Source: a virus
Length of the DNA stretch: 64,000 nt
Virus record (IMG/VR): IMGVR_UViG_3300025133_009393
Direction: 5' to 3' (one strand)
Part shown: positions 39,958 through 49,027 of the stretch, in pieces
Numbering within the stretch: position 1 is the first letter of the stretch
How the letters are laid out: every line of letters begins with the position of its first letter
Position numbers and translations under genes: made by a program
Notes under the pieces: generated by a model
The model's input: only the letters and a program-made list of their open reading frames with translations
Told to the model about the DNA's origin: nothing
Databases searched by the model: none

Positions 39958-40597
39958 TCTTTTGATATAATTTAGGACTTATATTATTTAAATATTTTCT
40001 GTCTCCCAGAACATATTCTTCAAATCCATTGGCGAAATACTCTCTTAAAGAAGTAGCTCCATAAGCAGAGGCAAACAAGCCTTCAGTTAGGGCATTCAAA
40101 ATAGGATAGCCTACAACTTGATAAAAAAAGCTATCTAATTTTTCTGAGTATTCTGGGTTGAGAAAATCATATGTCTCAATATCATAATTGTGATGTTTTA
40201 TCAAGCTTCTTAATCGCACTCTTTTTCCTAAAAATTCCTCTTCGATCGAAGAATCGGAATAAATTTCGTCCTTAAAGTTCTCTTCTAGCGCATGAGATAT
40301 CTCATGCACAATATCATCTAATATGCTTTCTTGATCATCTTGATCGCTATTCACATATATTGCGCGCTCATCGTAAAGAGCGCTTATATTTCTTTCCTCA
40401 AAGAAAGAAAATCTGCCAACATATATAGCGTCAATCAGACTTAACATATATCTTGGAACTAGGCTTTCTATTACCTGTGTGATATATCCCAAATCAACTT
40501 CTTTTGGAAGGGGATTAATGATCATTATCGGCTTGTTATAAACCTTGTACCCTTGCGCGCTTTTTAAAATACTTTCTTTGATATAATTTTTAATCAT
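39917..40597 (-). CDS. Zincin-like metallopeptidase
   Basis: VHEISHALE and a downstream REYFANGFE motif. Confidence 0.65.
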   Translation of the reverse strand: MIKNYIKESILKSAQGYKVYNKPIMIINPLPKEVDLGYITQVIESLVPRYMLSLIDAIYVGRFSFFEERNISALYDERAIYVNSDQDDQESILDDIVHEISHALEENFKDEIYSDSSIEEEFLGKRVRLRSLIKHHNYDIETYDFLNPEYSEKLDSFFYQVVGYPILNALTEGLFASAYGATSLREYFANGFEEYVLGDRKYLNNISPKLYQKIDTIYNMEEKDEY

Positions 40598-40865
40598 TCT
40601 CTGTGTTTTGTTTTATCTCGCGTGCAGTTTCGACATCTGCCATTGCTTGCTGATATCCTAAAATCCAATTTTCTTCTGCCAAGGCTAATAAAAACTCTGG
40701 AAATTCTCTTGCCATAACTTCAACAATCATCTCTATGTTGACATTAGAATCATTTGGATTTAGTTTTTCTCCAACATATTCTACTAACATGTTTTTCAGA
40801 TCGTTTTCTGGCTCTATTGTTTCTTTTAATGTAGGGTTTTCTACCAAGTCCATCTTTTCCTCCAA
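40590..40865 (-). CDS. Hypothetical protein
   Basis: 91-aa acidic ORF with a promoter-like upstream region. Confidence 0.65.
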   Translation of the reverse strand: MEEKMDLVENPTLKETIEPENDLKNMLVEYVGEKLNPNDSNVNIEMIVEVMAREFPEFLLALAEENWILGYQQAMADVETAREIKQNTEND

Positions 40866-40937
40866 TATATTTCATATCAACTGCGATTATGAACATTATT
40901 AATAATATAATAACCAAATACATAGTTGTAAATAGTA

Positions 40938-42245
40938 TTATAACACTTTTGCAGCCAATGTTGCAACTTTTGACCTTTCTCCTTTTAATAGGGTCATATG
41001 GCCAGAGATTTCGTAATTCTTCAACTTTTCTACAGCGTATGTTAAGCCATTAGAAGTCGCATCTAAATATGTATTATCGATCTGTTCAACATCTCCGGTC
41101 AAAATAATTTTTGTATTTTCTCCCACACGAGTAACAATTGTTTTAAGTTCATGGACTGATAAATTCTGTGCCTCATCTATAATAATATAAGCGTTAGAAA
41201 TCGATCGACCTCTAATATAGGTAAGCGCTTCAATTTCTATTGTGCCATTTTCAAAAAATATGTCCATGGCACTTTTCTTGCCACTCATTAGAAAATCTAG
41301 ATTATCTTGTATAGGCATAAGCCAGGGTCTCATTTTTTCTTCCAGAGTACCAGGCAAAAATCCTATGTCTTTTCCTAACGGCTGTACGGGCCTAGATACG
41401 ACTAATTTTTTATATATACTTTTTTCAAGTACCTGTTCCAAACCGCATGCCAAGGCCATTAAAGTCTTTCCACAGCCGGCTTTGCCAAACATTGTTACGA
41501 TTGGCACATCCGGATCTAACAAGAGATTTAGCGCAAATGTCTGTTCTTTATTTCTAGGTTTAAGTCCCCATATTCCCTGCTTATAATCAGCAATTCTCTC
41601 TAAAGGAATATTGTAGTTTATAAACCGTGCTAGTGCAGTTTTCTTTTCATTGGAGTTTGAAACCAACATAACAAAGTGATTTGGAAATAATTCCACATCT
41701 TCTTTTTCTATTATCACCTCTTCGTTATTATAAAATCGATCAACAGTCTCATCATCAACCAAGTGCTTGGAAAAGCCTGTATATAGATTACCAATATTAT
41801 CAACAACTTGGTCTGATATATAATCTTCAGTTGGTATTTGTAGCGAATCGCATTTTACACGCATATTAATATCGCGGGTGACTACAATTACTTGTCTTTT
41901 TCCAACATGTTGCTTTTCTGTAATAGCAGTACCGATAATTTGATTATCTGCCGACGTCAAATCTAGATCCCCTGGTATTAATTTTGGATCATAAGATTTG
42001 ATTGAGAGAATTCCTTTGCCTTTTCCTAATCTCACTCCTTTATACAGATTGCCTTTACTTCTTAATTTGTCTAAAGTGCGTATCGTCATTCTAGCGTTTA
42101 AGCCAACGCCATCTTGTCTTTTTTTGTGCTTATCAATCTCTTCTAACACCTTCAAAGGAATAATAATATCATTATTTTTGTAAGAAAATATTGACTCATG
42201 ATTCGTTAAAAAGACATTAGTATCAATAACATATGTTTTTTTCAT
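40938..42245 (-). CDS. phoH: PIN-domain plus PhoH ATPase (PhoH2/YlaK-type)
   Basis: YVIDTNV PIN start, GKAGCGKT Walker A, GFLPG, YIRGRS, IIDEAQN and GDVEQID. Confidence 0.93.
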   Translation of the reverse strand: MKKTYVIDTNVFLTNHESIFSYKNNDIIIPLKVLEEIDKHKKRQDGVGLNARMTIRTLDKLRSKGNLYKGVRLGKGKGILSIKSYDPKLIPGDLDLTSADNQIIGTAITEKQHVGKRQVIVVTRDINMRVKCDSLQIPTEDYISDQVVDNIGNLYTGFSKHLVDDETVDRFYNNEEVIIEKEDVELFPNHFVMLVSNSNEKKTALARFINYNIPLERIADYKQGIWGLKPRNKEQTFALNLLLDPDVPIVTMFGKAGCGKTLMALACGLEQVLEKSIYKKLVVSRPVQPLGKDIGFLPGTLEEKMRPWLMPIQDNLDFLMSGKKSAMDIFFENGTIEIEALTYIRGRSISNAYIIIDEAQNLSVHELKTIVTRVGENTKIILTGDVEQIDNTYLDATSNGLTYAVEKLKNYEISGHMTLLKGERSKVATLAAKVL

Positions 42246-42330
42246 TCATTTATCCTTTTAAAAATATACATAATTCTCCCTTAAGCTGACTAGGCAGAAC
42301 TATATACCTTATAGGGGGGTAACTTGCAAT

Positions 42331-43071
42331 ATGAAAAAATTATTTTTTTTAACACTGATTTTATCATTTTTAACAACTTCTTGTGTTACCACCAGACTGC
42401 CAGACTATAGTATAACTAGTATACTTCCTATAGATTCTTTTGTTAAAGTAGAAGTACAAGTAAAAGCAACAAAGTGTCAAGAAGGAGAAGATGGCGTCTG
42501 TGTTTCAAACAAGGCGGTGGCGCATGGATCAGGTGTTGTACTACAGAATACCAAGGGGGGCGCTTACATTCTAACAGCTGGGCATGTTTGCGAAGAGGAC
42601 GATCTTAAAAACGAATTAGAAAGCGAAGGCTTTATCTTCAATATGCGGTTCGAAGTATTAAATGTGTATGGAAAAATTCACGACGCCGTGGTCGTAGGCA
42701 TGGATAGAGGCTTAGATACATGTATTATGTTTGCCCAAGATATGCAAGAAGACACTGTGCGTTTAAGACGATATAGTAAGCCAAAAATTGGTGAAAAAGT
42801 GTACAACGTTGCTGCTGCTGCAGCTATTTTTGATTATAAGATGGTACCAATTCTAGAAGGTAGATATTCAGGTGATACTTCATCGATGATGGGAGATATA
42901 AAATTTTCCGTATATACAATTCCGGCGATCGGTGGGTCAAGTGGGTCGCCAATTGTCGACAAAGATGGAGTATTGGTAGGAATGATTCATTCTGTCCATG
43001 TAAGATTTCCAACGGTATCATTCTCTCCAAGAACAGAAGATTTATATAAATTTATATATTCAGTTTTATAA
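42331..43071 (+). CDS. Trypsin-like serine protease, probable lipoprotein
   Basis: Lipobox LTTSC, catalytic LTAGHVC and GGSSGSP. Confidence 0.88.
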   Translation: MKKLFFLTLILSFLTTSCVTTRLPDYSITSILPIDSFVKVEVQVKATKCQEGEDGVCVSNKAVAHGSGVVLQNTKGGAYILTAGHVCEEDDLKNELESEGFIFNMRFEVLNVYGKIHDAVVVGMDRGLDTCIMFAQDMQEDTVRLRRYSKPKIGEKVYNVAAAAAIFDYKMVPILEGRYSGDTSSMMGDIKFSVYTIPAIGGSSGSPIVDKDGVLVGMIHSVHVRFPTVSFSPRTEDLYKFIYSVL

Positions 43072-43097
43072 AAAAAAAGAGGGGCATTGCCCCTCTT
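43069..43097 (-). terminator. Rho-independent terminator between convergent genes
   Basis: AAGAGGGGC-ATT-GCCCCTCTT hairpin next to an A-tract, which is the U-tract on the minus strand. Confidence 0.8.
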
Positions 43098-43116
43098 AGC
43101 TCAAAAACTTAAATTT

Positions 43117-43200
43117 TTAAACCCAGCCTTTTTTACCGACAACATACCCTACAACTAGGGAAACGCCGGCAACTAGACCAGTCAATAATAGACCTTCCAT
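43117..43200 (-). CDS. 27-aa single-pass membrane microprotein
   Basis: Not in the ORF track. GGAGGTGA RBS, then MEGLLLTGLVAGVSLVVGYVVGKKGWV, then the terminator. Confidence 0.7.
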   Translation of the reverse strand: MEGLLLTGLVAGVSLVVGYVVGKKGWV

Positions 43201-43205
43201 TATAG

Positions 43206-43760
43206 TCACCTCCTTATTTTATTTGTATAATCATACATAACGATACCAGAACTAGTACCAACATTCAAACTACGTACAGAGCCATATTGTGGTATCTCCA
43301 CTACATAGTCCGACCACTCCAAAAGTGTTGATGTAACGCCCTCTCCTTCTTCGCCAAAGATCATCAAAGGCGGCTTTTCTAAGCGATTCCAATCAAAATC
43401 ATCTAATTTCATGATATCATTTTTTTCAACATTATTGTCAAACGCAACGAAAGTATACCTCTCCTTGAGCGTTAATACGTCCTCTAGCGCATTTAGATGT
43501 TTTAAAGGGGTGTAGTGGTGAGTGCCGACTGCACCTCGTCTATCCCACTTTTTCTTACCGATATAGAAGACCTCTTTGGCATTAAATGCATTTGCATTGC
43601 GTACCATAGTTGAAATATTAAAATCGCCGTGCCAATGTTCCATTAAAACTGCATAATCAAAACATGTTTTTTGTAGAGTTTCTTGGATTTCTTTAGCGCT
43701 TAGACTTTTAAATTCGTCTTTTACATTTCTTGTCCAAAAGGACCATTTTTTCTTATTCAT
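43206..43760 (-). CDS. SpoU/TrmH-family RNA methyltransferase
   Basis: FNISTMVRNANAF, IFGEEGEGV and IPQYGSVRSLNV SPOUT motifs. Start set at MNKKK. Confidence 0.9.
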   Translation of the reverse strand: MNKKKWSFWTRNVKDEFKSLSAKEIQETLQKTCFDYAVLMEHWHGDFNISTMVRNANAFNAKEVFYIGKKKWDRRGAVGTHHYTPLKHLNALEDVLTLKERYTFVAFDNNVEKNDIMKLDDFDWNRLEKPPLMIFGEEGEGVTSTLLEWSDYVVEIPQYGSVRSLNVGTSSGIVMYDYTNKIRR

Positions 43761-44004
43761 CTTCGGCTGGCGGAGTATCAAGTTTAGTATCTGGCGCGCC
43801 ACTAACACGAATATTCTCGTCTAAAGTAGCCAACAAGTTTTCTGCTGTCGATAGCTTCTGTACTAAAAGATCAATTTCGTCTATTATCCCAGAATGGCCT
43901 GGTGTTACAGATGGATCGTTTAAATATAATGATAGTGTAGCCAAAGCTTCTTCTTTTTGCGCAGTATAACGCGCGACCAATGCTCTTAATAGTGCTGTTC
44001 CCAT
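43753..44004 (-). CDS. Hypothetical protein
   Basis: 83-aa helical ORF with RBS. Confidence 0.65.
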   Translation of the reverse strand: MGTALLRALVARYTAQKEEALATLSLYLNDPSVTPGHSGIIDEIDLLVQKLSTAENLLATLDENIRVSGAPDTKLDTPPAEDE

Positions 44005-44008
44005 ATTA

Positions 44009-44305
44009 TTATCCTTTTAGTTTTCTAAATTTTTCTTTATGTGTATTTCTTATTTTTTCTGCAGCCTCTAATCTAGAAGAAAACTGCCCACAGAAAACGC
44101 TTGGAAAGGCATATGCAGTATATTTTATAATATATCTGTCTTTTACCCTTAACCTAAGAGACTTGTCGATTCGATATTTCTGCCAATCAATATCCTGTCT
44201 CTCTCTAATATCAAATTCTATATAGCCAGTACATATCTTGTCATGCCATACGTACTCTTTATTAGATTTTAGCTTATCTTTTTGGAAATTGATCTTTTGT
44301 TCCAT
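44009..44305 (-). CDS. Hypothetical protein
   Basis: ORF packed in the operon. Confidence 0.6.
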   Translation of the reverse strand: MEQKINFQKDKLKSNKEYVWHDKICTGYIEFDIRERQDIDWQKYRIDKSLRLRVKDRYIIKYTAYAFPSVFCGQFSSRLEAAEKIRNTHKEKFRKLKG

Positions 44306-44328
44306 AAAAATAAACTAATAACTTTCTT

Positions 44329-44544
44329 TTATTTGTCAAGTTTTTTTATACTCTTTTCAGGAAAAGACATGTCTTTAACTGAGACTACATCCCACTCGCT
44401 CTTAAAAGAAGTAGTTCCCAAAGTATGACGAAATATATTTGCAGTAGGCATTGCGTCTGCAAAGCTTATTGCTTTAACTTCTAGATTTTCAATTTTTTTC
44501 GAAGTTTTGTCGAAAAAAGTAAAATAGTATAATTTATAATTCAT
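44329..44544 (-). CDS. Hypothetical protein
   Basis: ORF packed in the operon. Confidence 0.6.
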   Translation of the reverse strand: MNYKLYYFTFFDKTSKKIENLEVKAISFADAMPTANIFRHTLGTTSFKSEWDVVSVKDMSFPEKSIKKLDK

Positions 44545-44547
44545 TTT

Positions 44548-44751
44548 TTATCCTAATAAGAGATCTTTTTCTTTGGTTGTTTCGTTAATCTTTTCTTTTT
44601 CATCTTGTTCAAGAAGATCTTCGAAATGTAGCTCTGCCAAGTGAGAATATTTCTCAAGTACTTGCTTGAGGGTCATATTTTCCTCCCTCATTATTTCTTT
44701 TATTTTTTTTATTACGTTTGGCATTTTTCTTTTTTTCTTTAATTGGTTCAT
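44548..44751 (-). CDS. Hypothetical protein
   Basis: Small ORF. Start is probably MPNVIK. Confidence 0.5.
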   Translation of the reverse strand: MNQLKKKRKMPNVIKKIKEIMREENMTLKQVLEKYSHLAELHFEDLLEQDEKEKINETTKEKDLLLG

Positions 44752-44932
44752 AGTCCGGATGGAGGCGCGTTTTTACAACAAAGCTTTCGCGGCTAGCCAT
44801 GAATTTAACTTTTACCTGCATTCCCTCGTGAGAAGAGTTATCTTTCCACAAAGAGATAAGCTTATTCCTTTTTGCATCCGCCTCTTTATACGAGGTATGG
44901 AAAGATTCATTTTTCCATGGCTTGTTGCTCAT
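44654..44932 (-). CDS. Hypothetical basic protein
   Basis: ATGA start/stop overlap with the upstream ORF. Confidence 0.6.
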   Translation of the reverse strand: MSNKPWKNESFHTSYKEADAKRNKLISLWKDNSSHEGMQVKVKFMASRESFVVKTRLHPDYEPIKEKKKNAKRNKKNKRNNEGGKYDPQAST

Positions 44933-45141
44933 TTCTTCTGCTTAGCTATAGCTTGCAGACCATCAACAACCTGATTTAAATCAACGGTAACTTGCTTTTT
45001 AAAATCATTCAATTCTTTTTTCAAAATGTGAAGCTCATCTGATAGTACGCTCATTCGATTTCTCACGTGATTACTAGACGAAATTACCTTTTGTATTTCG
45101 CCTTCCTTCGGTTGTGATGATGTTTTTTCGTTTTTAGCCAT
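44929..45141 (-). CDS. Hypothetical coiled-coil protein
   Basis: AAGGA RBS, immediately downstream of the tmRNA. Confidence 0.65.
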   Translation of the reverse strand: MAKNEKTSSQPKEGEIQKVISSSNHVRNRMSVLSDELHILKKELNDFKKQVTVDLNQVVDGLQAIAKQKK

Positions 45142-45161
45142 TTTATTTTTCCTTTTGTGTT

Positions 45162-45474
45162 TGGTGGAGATGCCGGGAGTCGAACCCGGGTCCTAAATAT
45201 TTTATTTATTAAGTCATTCACAAGGATAGTTGAAGACCACCTTCCAACAACCACCTGTCATAGACAGGGTATCCGATTTTTCTCAATTTGTTAAGCTCAA
45301 AATGCAACTTTTGTTAACAAGGCAGTTACCGCCCCGTGATTATGCCGCTAGGGCGTAATCAAAATTAACGCTATTATCGTTGGCGTTTAAAGTTTTGAGT
45401 GTTTTTACTGTGCCACACTCACACAGCCTTGCACTTAATAAAATCATATATCCAGTCGATACCAGTTCATCCCC
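45162..45474 (-). ncRNA. ssrA: tmRNA (SsrA), one-piece, tag ANDNSVNFDYALAA
   Basis: 5' GGGGATG...TCGAC and 3' CCGGGTTCGACTCCCGGCATCTCCACCA give an acceptor stem with G3-U wobble, T-arm and encoded CCA. pk1-like CTGTG/CACAG plus TGAGTGT/ACACTCA. Tag ORF at 45340-45384 ends in YALAA*. Confidence 0.97.
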
Positions 45475-45496
45475 ATATTTTAAAGATCTGTTCTTA

Positions 45497-45524
45497 ATTA
45501 TACGTACAAAAAATATAAAGTCAA
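45497..45524 (-). promoter_or_regulatory. Sigma70-type promoter for the tmRNA (TTGACT-N16-TATAAT)
   Basis: Near-consensus -35 and -10 boxes. The -10 box ends 22 nt upstream of the mature 5' end. Confidence 0.8.
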
Positions 45525-45531
45525 GTATTTT

Positions 45532-45783
45532 TTATCGATCTGGCTCAAAAGTCACGCTTGACAATTGTGCTCTAAAGGCAGAAGCAATATCATTGCGATC
45601 TAATATTCGAAATAACTCCATTAATGCGTTCGCGACTGAGAGGCGCGCATTATTATCTCGTGAAACCTTCATTACTACTTGGTCGATCGCGTGGGTGACC
45701 GCCCAATCTGCATTTTCAGTAAGAAGTATTTTTTCCGCCTCTTCTTTAATAATTTGGTTTAATTGTGATTTTGTAATATTCAT
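45532..45783 (-). CDS. Hypothetical protein with leader motif B (MNITKSQLNQIIKEE)
   Basis: GAGGA RBS. The motif is shared with ORFs at 63.2-64 kb. Confidence 0.75.
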   Translation of the reverse strand: MNITKSQLNQIIKEEAEKILLTENADWAVTHAIDQVVMKVSRDNNARLSVANALMELFRILDRNDIASAFRAQLSSVTFEPDR

Positions 45784-46148
45784 GATTTATCCTCTTTTAT
45801 AAAATAATTAGTAATCTTATATTGTTTGAGCAATTTTCGAAATTCGTTTTTGCTGATTCCTAAAAAAGCAGCTGCTTCATTCTTTGTTCTTGCAGCTGAA
45901 TATGAATATTTTAATGCTGCAGCTTTTGCAATTCTTGGAAGAGATTCCCATAATTTGAGGCCATATAATTTTCCGCCAATTGAACGTGCAGCCAATTCCA
46001 AGCGAAGAGCTATAATTTCTTCCATTGTCAAAGAAGAAAGCATAACTTCAAAATCACCGGTTATCTTGCCATCAGATTTGAGCTTATTTGATACTGAGTA
46101 ATACTCTTGATCTGGCTTAGAATACCTTTTTCTTTTACGCTCCCACAT
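45780..46148 (-). CDS. Fis-type HTH DNA-binding protein
   Basis: C-terminal AL......TKNEAAAFLGISKNEFRKLLKQYKI matches the Fis/HTH_8 pattern. Confidence 0.65.
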   Translation of the reverse strand: MWERKRKRYSKPDQEYYSVSNKLKSDGKITGDFEVMLSSLTMEEIIALRLELAARSIGGKLYGLKLWESLPRIAKAAALKYSYSAARTKNEAAAFLGISKNEFRKLLKQYKITNYFIKEDKS

Positions 46149-49018
46149 TAGGCGCCCATTGGAGGCAATTCAGCTTGCGGCTCAGCTATAGGAGCCGGCT
46201 CGGCTTCTGTGGAAGTTTGAGCTTGTTTTTCATATTCATCAGTTGTTGGCTCTTTCACGTTAGTCTCAACTTCTTCTTCCCACTGATCAAAATATAATTT
46301 CATATTGGTCAAAAGCCAATCATAAAACATTTCTCTATCATCCTGGCCTTCAATGTCAATATACATTTCTTCTATTTGTTTATTAACGTTTTTAAATGCG
46401 GTCAAGGCATCAGTTCTTCCTTGTCTTTGATTCGCTGTTTGATCGTGACCGGGAACTGAGAAGTCTTCACGCTCTTTTTCTTCTGGATCTGGCGTAGCTT
46501 CTTCTTCGGCTGCTTTAGCCGGAAGGCCGTCGTCGTCGATCATTTTATCTTCGTCACTCATATCCAAAGTAATACCTTCTTCTTCTTGCTCCTCTAGCGG
46601 ACCTTCGCCCAAAGCCGGTTGATCTGCAGGCACACCTTCATCTCCCAACATGTTTCTATAAGGCCGCAGTAGATTTTCGATTCCATTGATAATATGTGCC
46701 CTAAAAGAGTCTCTTTGCTCCCTGTCTGATCTTAAACTTTTAAACCCATCCTTTAGGGTCGTTAACATTTGAGTTTTTTTGAATAATTTAGCCAATTTGT
46801 TAATACCAGTATTATCAAAATAATGCTCTTCTTTTGCTTCTTTGATCAAGCTGTGAATAACGCCTCTTAATTTTTGTTCTTCTAGGAGCGCTTGTTGTTC
46901 TTCTTCTATTTTTCTAGTTTTGATAGTCTTAATTGCTTCGCGAATAACTTGTCGCATCTTTAGTTCTTCTAAGAACTCGATTCTATTAAAAAATTCCATT
47001 ATTAATGGCTCCCTTGCATCCTCTCTAATTAGGCTCTCTTCTTCTGAAACATCTCTTTTTCCAGGCGCGCCATGAAGGCCGCCCCCAGAGGCAGTTGAAA
47101 TTTCTTCTAATTCTTCCTCTTCTTCAACATCTTCTTGCTTGGTGTATTTTTTCTTTTTCTTGCTTTTGCATGATGCCCCTTCATTCATAAACTCCTCAAC
47201 CAATGAATATAGGGACTCCATAGTCAATGTTTTTTTTTCTTCATCTTCCGGCTGGTCTTCTATAGCTGATCCCAAGCCAACGCCTAGAATAGTCAATATC
47301 TTATCAACATCTTTTTCACTGCTTCTAGGAATATAATCTAATATTATATTCATTTGATCTGGAAGATTTGCTAACGCTCTTCTAAAAGTTGTAGCACTCA
47401 TATTTTCATTGTTTGAATCTAAAACAGTGGGTGTTGGTTCGATATGAACAGTAACATCGTTAGGATTATATCTTTTATCGTTTAATATAAACTCATATCT
47501 TTTTCCATCTTTTCCGCCGGCGGCTAAATAATATTCTACATCTTCTGGATCTGATATTTTAACTAAATCGACGACTTCTCCAATTGGACCGCCGGATGTC
47601 GTTACAAAATCGACTCTTTTTTCTATTCCACTATTTTTTAGATAAATTTGCCAAATTTGCATTGCTTGTTCGGTCGTTACTGGATCTCCCAGCGTTTTAT
47701 CGTTGCCAATATAGCGCATTGTTTTAGGATTATCACTCGTGCTCATAAAGATGGTGACAGCACCCTTTGGGCCGACGCGCTCCAAATAATCTTCTACCAA
47801 ATTAAGGTGGCCGCGGTGGGGAGGCTTAAAGCCGCCGGCAATTAAAGCAACTTTTCTCTTAGAGACAAAATCGTATTCTCCTTCAGGCTCTATTTCCGGA
47901 GTGTCTCTAAATTCAGTAGCCATACCCTCTAAAATAAAGTTGCCCGTCACTTTAACCGGATCTGCTTCTAATCCGCGTAGGACGACACCTTCATGTTCAA
48001 ATAAATTACCAAACTCACTTTCTAGCGCTCTTTTTACGTCATTGCCCAGCTTTCTAGTTGCTTCATTAAAAACAGCGCCGGCAATTGCTTTCTGCATGTC
48101 CTGATTAATATTAGAAAGAAAACTTGACAATGGATTTTTTTGCAAAACCTGCACATAAACATCCTTACTAATTGCCCATATTGGTCTTTCATTAATATTC
48201 AATACAGTATCATGACCCGGGTTTGTTGCAGTAGATAACCACTGCTTAAGAGTGCGAGTATCAGGTTGTTTTTCTGTGATCATAATAGGAAATTCGGAAT
48301 TTAATGTATCTGTGAAATCAACCTCTGAAACTAATCTGGCCGGAACATCTCCAACTAAGTTATAGCCCTCTTCGGCAGCGATCGATTGCACCTTTTCTAT
48401 AAGTCTATTTAACACTTCTCTATCATAAGGTATTTCTATACTTCCTACATCGGTTGTTGGCTTGCCAGTTTCATCAGTTGGTCTAGGTAAGCCCGGGCGA
48501 TCCATCGATTGACCTCTTTCGACTCTCCATTTTTGTGCTTTCTTTTCGTAGAATTGATTTATTCCATGAACTGCTAAAATAGGCTCTGGATATTCAATGA
48601 CATTAGTTTTGCCTTTTTTCATATATTCAGTATTAAAGAATTTGGTTGGATCATCCCACATTCCTAATTCTCTCAATTCCGGCTTAATTAAAGGTAGCGC
48701 TTTGTTGAATATCCTCAATAAATCGTCAATAGCAGGGGGCATACCATGGCCTTGAGGCCATTTTTTATAAGCATCGGCAGCTGTCATTCCAACAACAGAT
48801 TCAATATGAGATGTGCCGCGGTCCATACGAAAGTCTTTTCCAGAAGGTTTTGTTTCATCATCAACTAGTTTGAAACTTACATTGATACCATCGAATTTAA
48901 CACTTCCGCCATGTTCCTTAAGATGCTCTACGATCTTATTAAAATATTTTACTAAATCTAATCCTACTTGAACTTCTGTCACGTCAAATGGATGTTGCAT
49001 ATGTCCTGGTGTGCCCAT
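46148..49018 (-). CDS. Multidomain protein: ligase-like nucleotidyltransferase, HxGH cytidylyltransferase-like domain and acidic C-terminus
   Basis: GHMQHPFD, VKFDG, HEGVVLR and VKVTG (ligase motif I/IV/V-like). GGFKPPHRGH and MSATTFRRAL (HIGH superfamily). Confidence 0.7.
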   Translation of the reverse strand: MGTPGHMQHPFDVTEVQVGLDLVKYFNKIVEHLKEHGGSVKFDGINVSFKLVDDETKPSGKDFRMDRGTSHIESVVGMTAADAYKKWPQGHGMPPAIDDLLRIFNKALPLIKPELRELGMWDDPTKFFNTEYMKKGKTNVIEYPEPILAVHGINQFYEKKAQKWRVERGQSMDRPGLPRPTDETGKPTTDVGSIEIPYDREVLNRLIEKVQSIAAEEGYNLVGDVPARLVSEVDFTDTLNSEFPIMITEKQPDTRTLKQWLSTATNPGHDTVLNINERPIWAISKDVYVQVLQKNPLSSFLSNINQDMQKAIAGAVFNEATRKLGNDVKRALESEFGNLFEHEGVVLRGLEADPVKVTGNFILEGMATEFRDTPEIEPEGEYDFVSKRKVALIAGGFKPPHRGHLNLVEDYLERVGPKGAVTIFMSTSDNPKTMRYIGNDKTLGDPVTTEQAMQIWQIYLKNSGIEKRVDFVTTSGGPIGEVVDLVKISDPEDVEYYLAAGGKDGKRYEFILNDKRYNPNDVTVHIEPTPTVLDSNNENMSATTFRRALANLPDQMNIILDYIPRSSEKDVDKILTILGVGLGSAIEDQPEDEEKKTLTMESLYSLVEEFMNEGASCKSKKKKKYTKQEDVEEEEELEEISTASGGGLHGAPGKRDVSEEESLIREDAREPLIMEFFNRIEFLEELKMRQVIREAIKTIKTRKIEEEQQALLEEQKLRGVIHSLIKEAKEEHYFDNTGINKLAKLFKKTQMLTTLKDGFKSLRSDREQRDSFRAHIINGIENLLRPYRNMLGDEGVPADQPALGEGPLEEQEEEGITLDMSDEDKMIDDDGLPAKAAEEEATPDPEEKEREDFSVPGHDQTANQRQGRTDALTAFKNVNKQIEEMYIDIEGQDDREMFYDWLLTNMKLYFDQWEEEVETNVKEPTTDEYEKQAQTSTEAEPAPIAEPQAELPPMGA

Positions 49019-49027
49019 AAAAAACTC

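Noticed and set aside
45162-45195. tRNA-like T-arm and CCA end
   Set aside because: It is the 3' half of the tmRNA tRNA-like domain. There is no anticodon arm, so it is not a separate tRNA.
45100-45530. ssrA as a prophage attachment site
   Set aside because: No integrase and no duplicated ssrA 3' end seen in the window. Phage-type genes flank both sides.
45380-45802. 140-aa plus-strand ORF
   Set aside because: Antisense to the tmRNA, its promoter and a motif-bearing gene. No recognisable motifs.
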